This document shows, one piece after another, positions 26,763 to 40,860 of a stretch of 64,000 bases of DNA; position 1 is the stretch's first letter; each line of letters opens with the position of its first letter. Made by a program: the position numbers and the translations under genes. This DNA comes from Felis catus (lineage: Eukaryota), in contig NC_058368.1 of the NCBI RefSeq assembly GCF_018350175.1, forward strand, positions 58,530,001 through 58,594,000. Reading direction: 5' to 3'. The notes under the pieces were generated by a model, which was not told where the DNA came from, did no database searches, and saw nothing but the letters and a program-made list of their open reading frames with translations.

Positions 26763-26970
26763 AAGTGTGTCTGGGTGGCTCAGTAGTTTAAACATCAATT
26801 TTTAAAGTTTCAGCTCAAGTCATGATCTCATGGTCGTGGGATCCAGCCCCACATAGGGCTTTGTACTGAGCATGGAGCCTGCTTGAGATTCTTTCTCCTG
26901 CTCCTTCTACCCCAACCCCACTTGTGCATGTGCACTCTCTCTCTTTCTCAAAATAAAAAAATTAAAAATT

Positions 26971-27001
<31 letters not shown>

Positions 27002-27003
27002 AA
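26763..27003 (+). mobile_element. CAN-SINE with (AGAT)n in its tail
   Basis: TSD GAATGTTCATCT at 26751-26762 and 27004-27015. Confidence 0.95.
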
Positions 27004-28744
27004 GAATGTTCATCTGGACATAGTTCATCATGTGCTACATCTGCTTGGAGGATGAAAATTGCATGAGGTATTTTTCCGAAATAGAAAAACATACCAGGGT
27101 CAAAAGTCTCTCAATACCATATTAAAATGTTGTCTGTGAAGTAGCTCCTCATTAGAAATCTGCACTTGTGCCATGTATAGTTCAAAACATAGGTACACAT
27201 AGTCCTAGTATGAGGACAATGTACAATATCAAGTTTTCTTAGTTACCAGAAAATACTGCTTCTATTTGTCCGTCTCTTAAGTCTTAATTGCAAATCTAAT
27301 GATTGCACATTGTCTTATTCTATTAGTGAATGTGTTTGAATTAACAAAACATCCCCACTTTAGAATCTTGAAAGAGAAGTTCAGTCATTATCAGACTAAA
27401 ACTGCCTCCTCTTTCATCTGTAAAAACAGTACATTTATTTCTTCTTCAGTGAACATTTATTAAACTGGCATATTCAATGCCAGTTGTATTTTTGTATTAT
27501 TTTGTTATGTTTTATATTTATAAATATAAATATATAAATACTATCTCATCTCTCTCCGCAACAATATTATAAAGTTCATAGTGTCTCTGCACATAAAGCT
27601 AAAAGACAGTGGTGAAAAACATAAATAAATGTTCCCAAACTGCTAAGGGGACAGCCTTGTTGACCCTTTGTCCCTGCATGTGTCTAACCAATCCACCTGG
27701 ACCTGAATTCTGCATTCTTAAAAGATCAATAGATGTTTTCATTCAGACACTCGAATACTGAGTAGTAATTGTTGCTTACTTAACAATGATTAATATAAAA
27801 TCATATATTCTACATATAATATAGAATTATAAGGAAAATTCTAAGAGAAGTACCACAGTTGTTTGCATATTAACTAATAAATTCTCTTTTTCTCATTTTT
27901 TAATTAGTCACACTATTTCACTTGAAACCATGTGAAATTATAAATATAAGTAATTTCATTATGATTTAACTATCCATAAACTTTCCATGAGTTTTCATTT
28001 GAAATTTTAAAGTTCACATATTTATACCAAGGGTTTCTTTGTTTTATCAACTTATCTGTTTTAGCAGATTGAGTTACTATCTAAGATCATTTGCTGACTT
28101 TTTTAAATTGTTGTTTCAAAACCTCAGGAACACTGATTGTCACAATTAATATTTGTCCTACTCTTTGCTTCTGTATCTGTCCCCACTTTCCATACCACAG
28201 GAAGCAGATGTCATAAACAAAGAAAATTGGTGGCAATCAAAGTTCTACCAATGTTCTATGTTGGACATCAAATGCCTGACATCTCTGAATATGACCTTGT
28301 TATCTGTGCAAACACTTTATTTTTACCTCTCCCAGAATTATAAAAGGTCTAGTAGGAACACTTTAACTGAATCAAGACTATTTTGTCTTTCATTATCTGG
28401 ATCAAATTTGGTATTAAGTATAGCTGAATAATGTAAGAATAATATTTAACTATCCTCACCTCCCTGACTTTAAAATGAGCTTCCTAAAAGCCCATTTATT
28501 CTAATATAACTAAGGTATCTTTTAAAGTGCATTACAATAGTTGATAATTTTGTTATATAGTGTTCTCCAAAATATAATGGCATTTCCAAGGAAGTATAAT
28601 TTGCAAATTGGAGAACATTATTAGATGTAAGTCATGCACTCAAAAACATTTAGTAATTGCATGCTGTTTATGAAACTCTAGTAAAAAATAAGTTGTGATG
28701 CCAGTCTTATTGCTATTTTTTTAATCTATTTTTCTATTTATTGT

Positions 28745-28865
28745 ATGTATCCTCCACTTTATTATACACTCCTTGAAGTCAGGGACACTTTGGTTCATTA
28801 TTATATCTTCAAAGCCAAGGACTTACTATGCCTGGGGCATAGTTGACATTCGATATTGTTAAATT
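28745..28865 (+). mobile_element. L2 3' end relic
   Basis: CTCCTTGAAGTCAGGGAC...TGCCTGGGGCATAGTTGACATTC resembles the L2 3' terminus. Confidence 0.6.
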
Positions 28866-29282
28866 TTTTATGTTTTTAGGAACAAGATTGAAAATTGCCC
28901 TGTCATCATAGCTTATCCTTCTTCATTACTGTATCATAACTTACAGATCTGTATTATAATAGCTTAAAACTTTGTATCAAACTCTCAAAATCTTTGTACA
29001 CCAATGACAGCTGTGCACTAATAGGAAATAGATTGTCAGCCTTCTCGCCATAAAAATACCTACTATATTTGTTATATAAGTAATTACTATTTCCAGTAGT
29101 AACAGTGAATGGTAATGTACAGAACTGAAAGTGTTGGGAGAAAATTAGAAAGGAGTTCTTGAAATATTGAACCTAAATTAAAATGAATTAGTTAGGCTCT
29201 GAGGTAATGCAACCAAATATGAAAACTACAAATTCAAAATTGGATCAATGACTACTTTGGTCTTTAAAAAAAGTTGACGTTT

Positions 29283-29489
29283 GGGGCACCTGGGTGGCTT
29301 AGTCAGTTAAGTGTCCGACTCTTGGTTTTGGCTCAAGTCAGGATCTCATGGTTTTGGGTTCGAGCCTTGCATCCGGCTCTGTGCTAGCAATGCAGGGTCT
29401 GCTTGGGATTCTCTCTCTCCCTCTCTCTCTGCTTGTACTCTCTCTTTCAAAATAAATAGATATTAAAAAAATAAAAAATAAATAAAAAA
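29283..29489 (+). mobile_element. CAN-SINE
   Basis: Canonical head and tail; TSD ending GTTGA(C/T)GTTT. Confidence 0.96.
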
Positions 29490-30204
29490 GGTTGATGTTT
29501 GAAGGATTGTAACAGTAACATGATATAATGAATATAAATAGCCATGGAGTGCCTGAAATATAAGGAAAAATTTCTTAAAAGTTTAGCTTTCATAATGAAG
29601 AAAAAACACAAACAAACAAAAAAGCAACCAAAAAGCACCTATTCCAGTTTTGGTGTAATTATTATATTTGTGCATCTCATTGAGTAGAGAAATTTATTGC
29701 CTTTATACTGAAACCAGCACGTTGATTTTCAGCTTCTAGTCAAATATATGTGAAGGCTGTTTGTAAATTCATAACACCAAGTACGTGATGCTACTTCCAG
29801 AGAAGTACTAGAACATTTTTTAAATGAGTCGTTTGTTTCCAAATCTATGATTTACCTAAATCTAATAGCTACTTTCTCAATTTAAATTTCTTGTGTGAAT
29901 TTTTAAGAGATATGACTTATGAGTAAATAAATTTGATCATCATCTTCTGATTATAATTCTCAAAATTTCTCTGTACTTTGCAAATGAATGTGGACTACCT
30001 AGGAATCTGCAATTCCTACTAAATGACTACTTCTGTTCTTAACGTAAAACTCCAGAAATAATATTAAACTTGCTATTTCCAAGTCATATCACACTATTAT
30101 GGCATCTGCATATTCTACCCTTATTTTTGGAATTTCATCAACTACTTTTGTATTTCAGTTCTTTTTTTCACATTTAAATCCTATGAGATTTTTTGTTTAA
30201 AAAA

Positions 30205-30770
30205 AAACTTTTAAAATTATAGTTAACACAATATGTTACATTAGTTTCAGGTGCACAACATAGTATACAACTGCATATGTTGTGCTAAGCTTACCATAAG
30301 TATAGCTACCATCTATCACCATGCAACAATATTACAATACCGTTGATTGTATTTCCTATGCTGCACTTTAATCCCTATAATTTCTTCATTCCAAAACTGA
30401 AGGCTTGTATCCACCACTCCCCTTCATTCATTTTGCCCATCCCTCAATCTCCTCCCCTGTGGCAACATCAGTTTGTTCTCTGTATTTATAGGATTTTTTC
30501 TGCTTTTTGGTGTTTTCTTTTTTAGATTCTACATATAAGTGAAATCTTACAGTGTTTGCCCCTCTCTGTCTTACTTACTCCACCTAGCATAATACCATCT
30601 AGGTCTATGCATGTTGTCACAAATGGCAAGGAATTATTCTTTTTTATGGCTGAGTAGTATTTCATTGTATACATATACCACTTCTTTAACCATTTATTTA
30701 TTGATGAGCACAGGTTTCTTCTGTATTTTGGCTATTATAAATGATTATAGGATAAACATAAATGCTTATG
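30205..30770 (-). mobile_element. Carnivore L1 3' end
   Basis: ATTAGTTTCAGGTGCACAACATAGT, TAGATTCTACATATAAGTGAAATC, CATGTTGTCACAAATGGCAAG motifs. Confidence 0.92.
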
Positions 30771-31153
30771 TGTAAGTTTCACTCTACTGCTGTCCAGTAG
30801 GTGAAGCTTACTTCAAATTCTAAGTTAACTGAACCCCAACCCTTCTCATGTCTCACATTGCACATTGCAGATAGCTCCACTCTGCAAACTCTTGTAACGT
30901 GTGTACTATGAATGCCTTTAACTGGTCCATCCTCACATCCCCTTCTAAGAATATTGCCCACAACCATACCTTTTGAGGATTATGACTATACTATAGAACT
31001 GATCCTATTGGATCCATGAACCTCAGACCACTGACATTATCTTACCTCCATCAGGAATATGGATTTATTTACTTGATTGTGAAGAGCTGAATTAATATCA
31101 TGTATGATTGAAGCTAGACCTAACCAATTGCAATTCAAAGTTATAAGGCAGCA

Positions 31154-31394
31154 GGGCACCTGGGTGGCTCAATCAGTTAAGCATACAACTCTTCGTTTCA
31201 GTTTAGGTCATTATCTCACAGTTTGTGAGTTCAAACCCCACATTAGTCTCTGCACTGACAGCTCAGAGCCTGCTTGTGACTCTCTCTCTCTTCCTCTCTC
31301 TTTGCCCCTCCCCCACTTGTTCTCTCTCTCTCTCACTCTCTCTCTCTCTCTCTCTTTCACTCTCTCTCAAAACAAACAACATAAAAATTTTTTA
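31154..31394 (+). mobile_element. CAN-SINE
   Basis: Head, long (CT)n, tail; degenerate TSD AAAGTTATAAGGCAGCA / AAAGTTATGAGGTGGCA. Confidence 0.95.
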
Positions 31395-31632
31395 AAAGTT
31401 ATGAGGTGGCAAAGATGCCATGATTGAGCAGAGAAGTCAACGTACAATATTTGAAAAAAAGGAGCATAATTTTGGAAAGCAAAATTAAACAGGTTTGTAG
31501 CATGATATGTGTTCTACTAAACTGATAAATGCCTCCAGAATGTGTCTTCATATACAAGTTGCAATTATACAACTAAATATTTTGCCTACATGAATATTAA
31601 ATTTCTATTACATTTTAAATCATATTGGAACT

Positions 31633-31860
31633 GGGGCGCCTGGGTGGCGCAGTCGGTTAAGCGTCCGACTTCGGCCAGGTCACGATCTCGCGGTCCGTGA
31701 GTTCGAGCCCCTCGTCGGGCTCTGGGGCTGATGGCTCAGAGCCTGGAGCTTGTTTCTGATTCTGTGTCTCCCTCTCTCTCTGCCCCTCCCCCGTTCATGC
31801 TCTGTCTCTCTCTGTCCCAAAAATAAATAAAAACGTTGAAAAAAAAATTAAAAAAAAAAT
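31633..31860 (+). mobile_element. Young felid SINE (SINEC_Fc type)
   Basis: CpG-intact GGGGCGCCTGGGTGGCGCAGTCGGTTAAGCGTCCGAC; TSD AAATCATAT(T/C)GGAAC at 31617-31631 and 31861-31875. Confidence 0.98.
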
Positions 31861-32183
31861 AAATCATATCGGAACCAAAAATCAGTGATGTTTTGATATA
31901 ATTAATATTGATAATACCTATTTACATATTGTAATGAATTCATTTTATAAACTCAAAATTTTATGGATCCTTTAAATTTAATCTTCATCAGATAATTAGA
32001 TCAAACATAAAAGATCCTTTTAAAGGAATTTCAAGGAAAAAAAAAGATAGTAAGTTTACAAAAGATGAAATCATAGTGTCACAGCAAGAGAAAATGTTCA
32101 AACGTGAGTGTCACTGGAAATTCCCTCTCAAGATGTTCAAACTGATAGTCTTTGTTTGAATTTTTATATGCTTTGCTTTCTAA

Positions 32184-32217
<34 letters not shown>

Positions 32218-32980
32218 AGATCTGCCAAACATTTTCTGCAGAGAGAAAGCATCAGTGGTCTTTACAATATTTTTCATATTTTCACAATTTGGTTTCAGGG
32301 AGGCTGTCAGAAAGCATATTACAAAAGCAAAAACAAGCTAACAAAAAACTTGCATTCAAATATTACTTCAACCTCATAGTAGAAGAATAATTAAAGTTGT
32401 AGAAGATATTAAGGTCATAAAACCATGAAGGAAAGGAATGCAGTTAAAGAAATCAGCAATATGCTAAAGATGAAAGGCATTTATTGAATCATAACTGACA
32501 TAGCAGCTTAAACATATCTACCTACTGGGGGACGGATGTTACTGAGAATGAGTCAATTTAAATTATAGAAGTCCAGAAAGACTCAGCCACATTGGCACTT
32601 ATTATTCTGAAGTCAAAGATATGGGACAGACTTAAAATACGTGTATTTTTCAATTGTTTATATAAGAAAACCTTTTTCCCCTCAGACTTCACAGTCAGAT
32701 GCTTACTTTCAAACTTGCCTTTTAAAAAGATAGGAGGATCACATTTTAAGAAACAAAAGAGGCTTTGTACCCAGTGGCACCAGATAGAGATGGTGGTGCA
32801 GGTGACTTGCCATAGCAAAGCTGCTTTCTCCGACACAGATCACAGATTAGCTGCCACAATTATTGTAATCTTACAAACATAGAGGGGGAAACTCTCTAAA
32901 ATGGACTGCCCACGAAGTGAGAAAACATGGGCTCCAGAAAGCAAGTCATGTGACATAGAAGACACGTCCTGTTTACTAGT

Positions 32981-34239
32981 CAGGCTCAGCTCTATGGGCA
33001 TATAATTAATACAGTTGCAAAGGGTCTGAAGTTCAGGAGGCCCTGAATTTGCTCTAATGTGTTGCTGTGCCTTCTTGAAATACTTAATTTATTTCTGAAC
33101 TTGTGATTTGTAAGTGAAATCCAATGGGCCAATAACACAAGTGTATAGGCAGAGGTGACATTTATAATATTTGCATCCTGTGTTCTGTGCCAACCCTTTT
33201 ACATGTAGCTTCTGTGATGCTCCAGGAGCACCAAATTCCAAAGGACTCACAATGCACAGTAAGTTCAGCAAAACAGCAAAGGAGTACAAAATGAGTGTGT
33301 TATGTCTATGGCTGAGTGAATGGGATACCAACAGCTCTCCAAGAGACGTGTTTTCTGTTAGAACCCAAACTCGCTTCAAATGCAGAAAGAAGGCAGTTTC
33401 ATTCGAGGAAACACAGACCCTCCAAGAGACTCTCTCATATCTTTTCTTACTCATGTTACCTCCCTAGCCAACAACTTCAATTGAAAATATTGTCCTAGAA
33501 GGAGGGGAAAAGATAGAGCAACTCACATTCTTTCTCCTCTCAGTCCATTACTCATCAGTAAGCCAAAGTTATAGAGTTACAGTGTTATAGAATGTACACA
33601 TATCAGTAAGTGAAGTAAAAACTGTTGATTTATTTCCATATTGTGCTTCCACTGTTCAGGTAAGAGAGAAATGTATATGCATGTGCAAGCTATGAAATAC
33701 AACTGGCATAATTTCAGTTATTGCAGATGAGTTAAATGCTCTTGTAGTCACATAAAAAAATCTGGCATGATATAAACAGTAAACATATGCTAATAACATA
33801 AAATTGCATTTTTCTTTACTTAGAAGGGCATTAAATAGCAAATAAAAACACCACAACAACTTGAGAGAGACTTTAGAAGAATCGAAAACTTGGGGCATCT
33901 TGGTGGCTCAATCAATTAAACGTCTGATCTGACTTCTGCCCAGGTCATGATCTCACGGTTTGTGAGTTTGAGCCCTGCATCTGGCTCTGTGCTGACAGCT
34001 CAGAGCCTGGAGCCTGCTTTGGATTCTGTGTCTCCCTCTGTTTCTAATATCTCCCGCTTGCACTGTGACTCTCTCTCTCTCTCTCTCTCAAAAATAAATA
34101 AAAATTAAAAACAAATTAAAAAAAAAAGAAGAGTTGAAAGCTTTATATTAATCATATCACTTTAAAATACTTTATGCTCAGGGGGCCCAATGTTTTCATT
34201 TTCTTTACTGGGACCTACAAATTATGTAGCTGACACTTG
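32981..34239 (+). mobile_element. MER45-type non-autonomous hAT (Tip100 group) DNA transposon, interrupted by a SINE
   Basis: Left end CAGGCTCAGCTCTATGGGC...TGCTGTGCCTTCTTGAAATACTTAAT and right end GGGGCCCAATGTTTTCATTTT...ACTGGGACCTACAAATTATGTAGC match recalled MER45 termini; ~1 kb without the SINE. Confidence 0.75.
33892..34126 (+). mobile_element. CAN-SINE nested in MER45-type element
   Basis: Typical body; degenerate TSD AGAAGAATCGAAAACTT / AGAAGAGTTGAAAGCTT. Confidence 0.95.
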
Positions 34240-36100
34240 CTGGAAAGTACAAATGGACAAAGCAATGGTAGAATTCTTAGTTTTTCCAGTATAACCTTTG
34301 AGCCAGTTGGCCTTTCCTTGAGTAGTTTTCCTATAATTGTGAGACTATGCATTGGCTTGAATTACTAAGAGAGAAACAATAATAGAATATGTTGGGAGAA
34401 AAAGATGTTCAGTGCATCATCCCGAAAAAAATCTCATAGTTTTATTGGTATTTTACATCATTTTTGTTTTGATTTTATGGATATAGATGCCTTCATAAAA
34501 ATTCAACAATGCTAAAGACATTTTGCCAAAGACAAATGTGTAATTCGACTCTCCAAGCAATATAAAGGTCAACAGAAGGAGATGCAATTAACTAGAGAAC
34601 AAGGAATGCCAACGAACTCATGACAGTTGTTTGGAAATCTTATGAATACTATATTTAAAGGAAATGCTCGAGATTAATAACTTTGGAACTAATGCTCCTT
34701 TTTTTATGCCCCTCTTCTTATCCCATGTAACTAGTCATATTTAGAGAAACATGAGTAGCAGAAAAATTTGCTTGTGTATACACAAAATCACATATACTTC
34801 AACATCCTTCCATCACGTATGGAAAATTACTCAGGGTTTTGCATAACTCCTTTAAAAACTGGGTGTTTACTCACGAACAAGTCATGTCTAGCGTTGAATT
34901 CCTTTAGGAATGAATTAAATGAATTGGAAAAGAAATGACTGTAGGAAAGAATGTGAATATGTTGTAAAAAATAAAATAGGCATGTCTCCATCTTGAAGAA
35001 AAACAAAAGAAAAAGCAGTCAGACAAAAAGAAATGCAAAATTATTTTATTAAAAAAACTCCCATTAAATTTAAATCCCTTTAGGGGTGAGTGATCCCATA
35101 TGGAAGAAATATGAATGTGTCTCCTTCTATAAGGGTTCTCCTGGAGGATTTTAACAACTGCTTATACTTGACTGCTGGAGCACCTTTAATTTTAAAGTGT
35201 CCTGGTTTACAGTAAAGTTAGGATCTTACAGCATAATTTTGATTTATGATAATATTTACTAAGAAGGAGAAATATTAAAATATGTAAGATGGTCCATGGA
35301 GGTTAAAAATACATGACAGGGTCTGCATACACTTCCTAAAAAAATAATTTTTCCTTATTTCCAAGTGTCTAAGATTTTATTCAAAGCTAAAGTAAAATAT
35401 TGCCTGCCTTGTTGGAACATGAAAAATGTGATTAGCCAAGATACAGAAGGAAATATTGCTAGTAAGTTTATTCATGGTAAAGCTAGTCATATGCCTATGC
35501 TTATAACAGATAAATTATTTCTCCCTTCTACAAAATAGTCAGGAAATCCAAGGAAAGAAAAACTGTGTATCTCTGTGTGTGTTATAAATGTCTCTTTCCT
35601 TAAACATCTATACTTAAAGTTTAAAAAAGAAATAATTTCTGAAATAGTTTGAAAGGGTCAGAATTTAAAGATAGTAAGCAATTTTTTGTCAAACTGATAT
35701 ACGAGAGACCTTTCTAAGAAAGTCAACTAAACTAATATCAGTGTGCTGTATCTAGTAAAGTTAATAAAGTTTGTTTACCTCAATTTGCTAAATTAGACTT
35801 AGCGTTTCTAACCTAACAAAGAATCTTAAAATATGGTTATAAATACCTGATAAAATTTATCTCCTATAAAGAAAGAATCACATTCTATTGACGACACACT
35901 CACCAAAAAACTCACTTAAAAGCAGACACATCTCTTACAAAATGCATTGATTCAGATACTGCCTTCACAAACTTTTTATATAATCACTGTATATTCTGGA
36001 CATTTTAGTACCATTTACAATTTTTTCATTTGATAATTGTTTACAGTTGTTTCATTATTACACTCTCACATTTTAGCTCTTTTATATTTAAACCAATAAC

Positions 36101-36336
36101 TCTTTTTTTAGAGTTTAATATTTTTTATTTTTAATTTTTTTAGGTTTTTAAATTTATTTTTGAGAGAGAGCGCAAGTAGGGAGAGACAGAGAGAGTTGGG
36201 GACACAGAATCCAAAGCAGGCTCCAGGCTCTGAGCTGTCAGCATAGAGCCCCATGTGGGGCTCAAACTCATAAACCCCGAGATCATGACTTGAGCTGAAG
36301 TCAGATGCCTAACGGATTGAGCCACCCAGGTTCCCC
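36101..36336 (-). mobile_element. CAN-SINE
   Basis: TSD TAAACCAATAAC at 36089-36100 and 36337-36348. Confidence 0.96.
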
Positions 36337-37441
36337 TAAACCAATAACCTTTCTAAAGTAATGGATGCATGGGATATAAATGGCAAAAGTCTATACATCA
36401 TTTAAGGTTACAGCAGTTTTGTTTTCTTAATTCGTGGTTTGAGTGGAAGTCTGGCTTCTGGTCAAGATGGAGGCATCCAGAAGAGTGAAAGAAAAGTGCT
36501 AACTAGGGGGATCCAAGGCAGTTTTCTACCTTTGACATAGTTACCTCCTCACCTTGTTACTTATTTTTAAAATACCCGAAACTTTAGTACTATTAGATAT
36601 TTCAATACTAAATGCAAAAAACATGCTTCAGCACTGCCTCGACAATCCCATGCTATCCTGGGTAACTGAAGATTAGCTCTGACTTAGAGGAGATTTGGAA
36701 ATTTAAGACTTTAGATAAATAAAATCAATGTTCAAACACAAATTTATGTGAAGATATTCTAGTAATAAAAAACTAACGTGTGTCTAATACTTATTATATT
36801 TAGAGGATAACCTAAATTATAAAAAATATTTGGAAAATAACCAAAGAATAAAATATATCATGAACATTTTTAGGATTACAATCAGTATTTAATTAACATT
36901 AAATTTAGATTAACAATAATCAGAATAAACAATAAACAGAAAACTGCCTCATCTACAAAGATATAGCAAATCAAAATTGCATACTCTGACAGAAGTGAGA
37001 GATGTACAAATAGGTAAGCTGCCTGTCACCACAATTCTAGACATCTGTTTAAGGCCATAATGAAAATTCTGAAAATAATCTTAACAGTGTGTACCTTTAC
37101 TGGGACGTAATCAAATGGGCTAAGAAAATGAGAAAACATTAATGAAAATATAATTTAGGTGCTGGGACCTGGAAACCTGATTTTCATACCACTTCCTTCA
37201 TACTTTATGCAAAATTAGAGAACCTACTTTGTTTTCCAAAAGCATATATAAAGTGAGATATGAAAATGACGTTTTCCAGGTGTCTGGTGAAAAACAAAGT
37301 TTAGCAAATGGAATATCACTAGCTAGGGACAGGTAAAGACATTTACTAAAGCCTGAGTACATAATCCATTTTTCTAATATGACTATATTATATATATGTC
37401 ATATATAATACATGCTATATATATGATGCATGTTATATATA

Positions 37442-37444
<3 letters not shown>

Positions 37445-37476
<32 letters not shown>
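37445..37476. repeat. (TA)n microsatellite
   Basis: Directly visible. Confidence 0.93.
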
Positions 37477-37479
<3 letters not shown>

Positions 37480-38099
37480 TGAGAGACACAGATAAAATAT
37501 AAAAATTTAATAAATTGTGGTAAAGCATATATGTAAGGTTGGCATTATACTGTTACACTCTTCTATTTAGTTATTTTGTATGTTTTAAAGATTTCTGTGA
37601 GGGAAAAGGGGAAGGTGTTATAGTAAGCAAAATAATTGGCTAATGAAAAAGCAAAAATTTTGCTTTGGACTTAGACTGGAAATTTCTTTGGAACTCAAAA
37701 TTCTTTGGTCTCCTAAGGTTCCAGTGACTTGATTGTTACAAGACGTAAGTCTTTCAAAAAAGTTTGTTCGGAAGGGAGTTTGCTATGTAATTCCAAAATC
37801 TTTGTTAAACTTAGTTTATTAAAATTATTTTTAATCACCCACTAAAACCTGTGTTAATGATATTACTGCTGTTGCTGATAAACTTCAGCAACATCACTGT
37901 AGCATCAGGATAGGCAGCATTGGTTAAGGAAGGTTTCAGAAAACACCTGGAGCAGATTAAATAACCACTTAGGTTGAATGTCTTTGAAATACTAAGTTCT
38001 TCATGAAAAGTCTCATGACACAAATTATTGGACTGCAATATTACTGACTTATCCAAATATAGTGTGCTGGTCAGTAATAAAATCAATGTCCATGATCTA

Positions 38100-39450
38100 A
38101 GGTAAACCCCTTATTTTTATTAATTTGAATTGCAACTAAATCTATATTGAGAATGTTCTTCATCCAAATATGTATGAAATAGCTCCACTCATATGCTCAA
38201 AGAGGTGTTTTGAAGAGGCTACTACTGGTCAAAGTTGAGACTACTTATATATTAAAAAAATAATGGCAATAATGAAGTATAACACCCTGACTTTCAAGAA
38301 ATAAAGGAAGAGACAAAAACAAAAACAAAAGCTTTAGAGAAAATTGCTGGCTAAATGTAGAAAATGTTGAATTAGAAAAGGACCATTTTCCAATCCCAGG
38401 TAATAAAATTGAATCTAGCCAGAATCATCAGTAGATGCTAAAACCATTGGAGAAAATGTTGTAAGGGAAATAAGTTATTTTCGTGGTTTTAAGGATATCC
38501 TTTGAGTGATTACTTATTAATATCAGGGGGAGAATACACCTTCAGAATGAAGAGACCTGCTACTCAACCTCTCATCTAAGTAACCATGTTTGTCAATAAT
38601 AATGGTAAACCCTGGCACTGTGTGCCTCATAAAATGTCCTTGCCGCACAAAATTTTTCAGCCTGTATCTCATCATAAAGAAACAATCTGATACTTCTGAA
38701 TATGGAATATATTTCAAGATACCTGGTCTGGCCTCTTTAATAGATTAATATTAAATATTTTATTAAACTATTTATATAACTTTATTTATTTATTAAATTT
38801 ATTAAACTAAACTATATAATATTAAATATTTAATTAAATATGAAATATTAATATTTAATAGATTATTATTTATAACTAGAAAGCTAGGGGACTAATCTAT
38901 ATCAAAAGGCATTAAAGATAAATAAAGCCAGTGCAATGGGCAGGCTTTGTTTGGTTCATGCATTAAAAAAAATAGAGTGAGAAAGAGGAAGAGGATGAGG
39001 ATGAAAAAGAGGAGCAACAGGTGCTGCTATAAAAGGCATATTAGATGCCCAGCACCATTGTTAATTTTTTATAGAATTACAGATAATTTTCTTACATAGC
39101 GTATGCTACTATGGCTGTTTAAGAAAATAGTCTCACGGTTAAAAAACTCATACTGAAGTATTTATGGTTAAGGCCATAAATTCTACAATTTACTTTTAAA
39201 TTATATATCTATGTATATAAATTACATATATGTATATAATTATACATATGTACATATGTATGTAATTACATATATAAATATAGAGCCTGAATTATCAAAA
39301 AGTTGTGTGTGTGTCTGTGTGTTTATGTGTGTATTTTGTGTAGAGACTATGAAAAACTATTAAAATTTAGTAAATTTTGGTGAAGCATAGAGATGATAGA
39401 TGTTCAGTAATCTATAAGTCTGAAATGCATTCAACTTAAACTTGATGAAA
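38100..39450 (+). mobile_element. Old L1 3' region (L1MC4-like)
   Basis: GAATCATCAGTAGATGCTAAAACCATTGG, GATTACTTATTAAT, CACTGTGTGCCTC, CATACTGAAGTATTTA motifs of the L1MC 3'UTR. Confidence 0.7.
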
Positions 39451-39851
39451 TTTTAATTTAATAGGGGATAATTATGTAATTATTATAAAATAAAATAAAT
39501 TATAAAAATAAATTATAATAAAACATAGTTACTTTAGTATGTGTATTTGAAATGGAGAAAAAGTATAACAATTGCTTTTTAATCCTTTCAATATTGTTAC
39601 ATATCAGCAACTTTGGTACTAAAATACTATTCCCTATTTCTTCTATATTTTATGATATACCCATAAGTTAGTTAAGTCCAATAATTGAGCACTTATATGT
39701 CATTTGCTGTGCAGAATTTCTGTAAAGTTCCTAAAAAGAGAGATTTACAAGAGTTGAAATAGTATATGTTAATCAGAGATTGCATTTTTATGGTACTCAA
39801 TTAAAAAAGTAGTTATTTAACATTGTAAGTAGTTGGTTTGACTTTCCTTTT

Positions 39852-40860
39852 CTTTTTTTTTAAATATAATTTATTGTCAAATTGGTTTCCATACAACACC
39901 AAGTGCTCATCCCAACAAGTGCCCTCCTCAATGCCCATCACCTACTTTTCTCTCTCCCACATCCCCCATCAACCCTCAGTTTGTTTTCAGTATCCAAAAA
40001 GTAACTTTTTCCCCCTCCCGCTCCCCCATGGTCTTCTGTTAAGTTTCTCAAGATCCATACATGAGTGAAAACATATGGTATCTCTCTTTCTCAGTATGAC
40101 TCATCCTCCAGTTCCATCTACATTGCTACAAATGGCCATATTTCATTCTTTCTCATTGCCATATTCCATTGTATATATAAACCACATCTTCTTTATCCAT
40201 TTGTCAGTTGATGGACATTTAGGCTCTTTTCATAATTTGGCTACTGTTGAAAGTGCTGCTGTAAACATTGGGGTACAATTGTCCCTATGCATCAGCACTC
40301 CTGTATCCCTTGGGTAAATTCCTAGCAGTGCTATTCTGGGTCATAGGGTAGATCTATTTTGAATTTTTTGAGGAACCTCCACACTGTTTTCCAGAGCAGC
40401 TGCACCAGCTTGCATTCCCACTAACAGTGCAAGAGGGTTCCCATTTCTCCACATCCTCTCCAGCATTTATAGTCTCCTGATTTGTTCATTTTAGCCACTC
40501 TAACTGGCATGAGGTGGTATCTCAGTGTTGTTTTGATTTGTATTTCCCTGATGATGAGTGACATTAAGCATTTTTTCATGTGTCTGTTGGCCATCTGGAT
40601 GTCTTCTCTGGAGAAGGGTCTATTCATGTCTTCTGCCCATTTCTTCACTGGATTATTTGTTTTTTGGGTATGGAGTTTGGTGAGTTCTTTATAGATTCTG
40701 GATACTAGCCTTTATCCCATATGTCACTTGCAAATATCTTTTCCCATTCCATTGGTTGCCTTTTAGTTTTGTTGCTTCCTTTGTAGTGCAGAAGCTTTTT
40801 ATCTTTATGAGGTGCCAATGGTTCATTTTTGTTTTTAATCCCCTTTCCTTTGGAGATGTG
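39852..40860 (-). mobile_element. Felid/carnivore L1, 5'-truncated, ~1 kb
   Basis: ORF 40421-40648 ([26 protein letters not shown]...[14 protein letters not shown]) is the L1 ORF2p C-terminal Cys-rich region; 17-bp TSD GGTTTGACTTTCCTTTT at 39835-39851 and 40861-40877. Confidence 0.98.

Noticed and set aside
32187..32215. Pure A29 tract as a truncated retroposon or retrocopy tail
   Set aside because: No element body, polyA signal or TSD is visible; treated as a mononucleotide run.
35081..35230. Possible MER94-like hAT-Blackjack relic
   Set aside because: Only a short motif (AAAGTGTCCTGGTTT) resembles the recalled consensus, which is too little to call.
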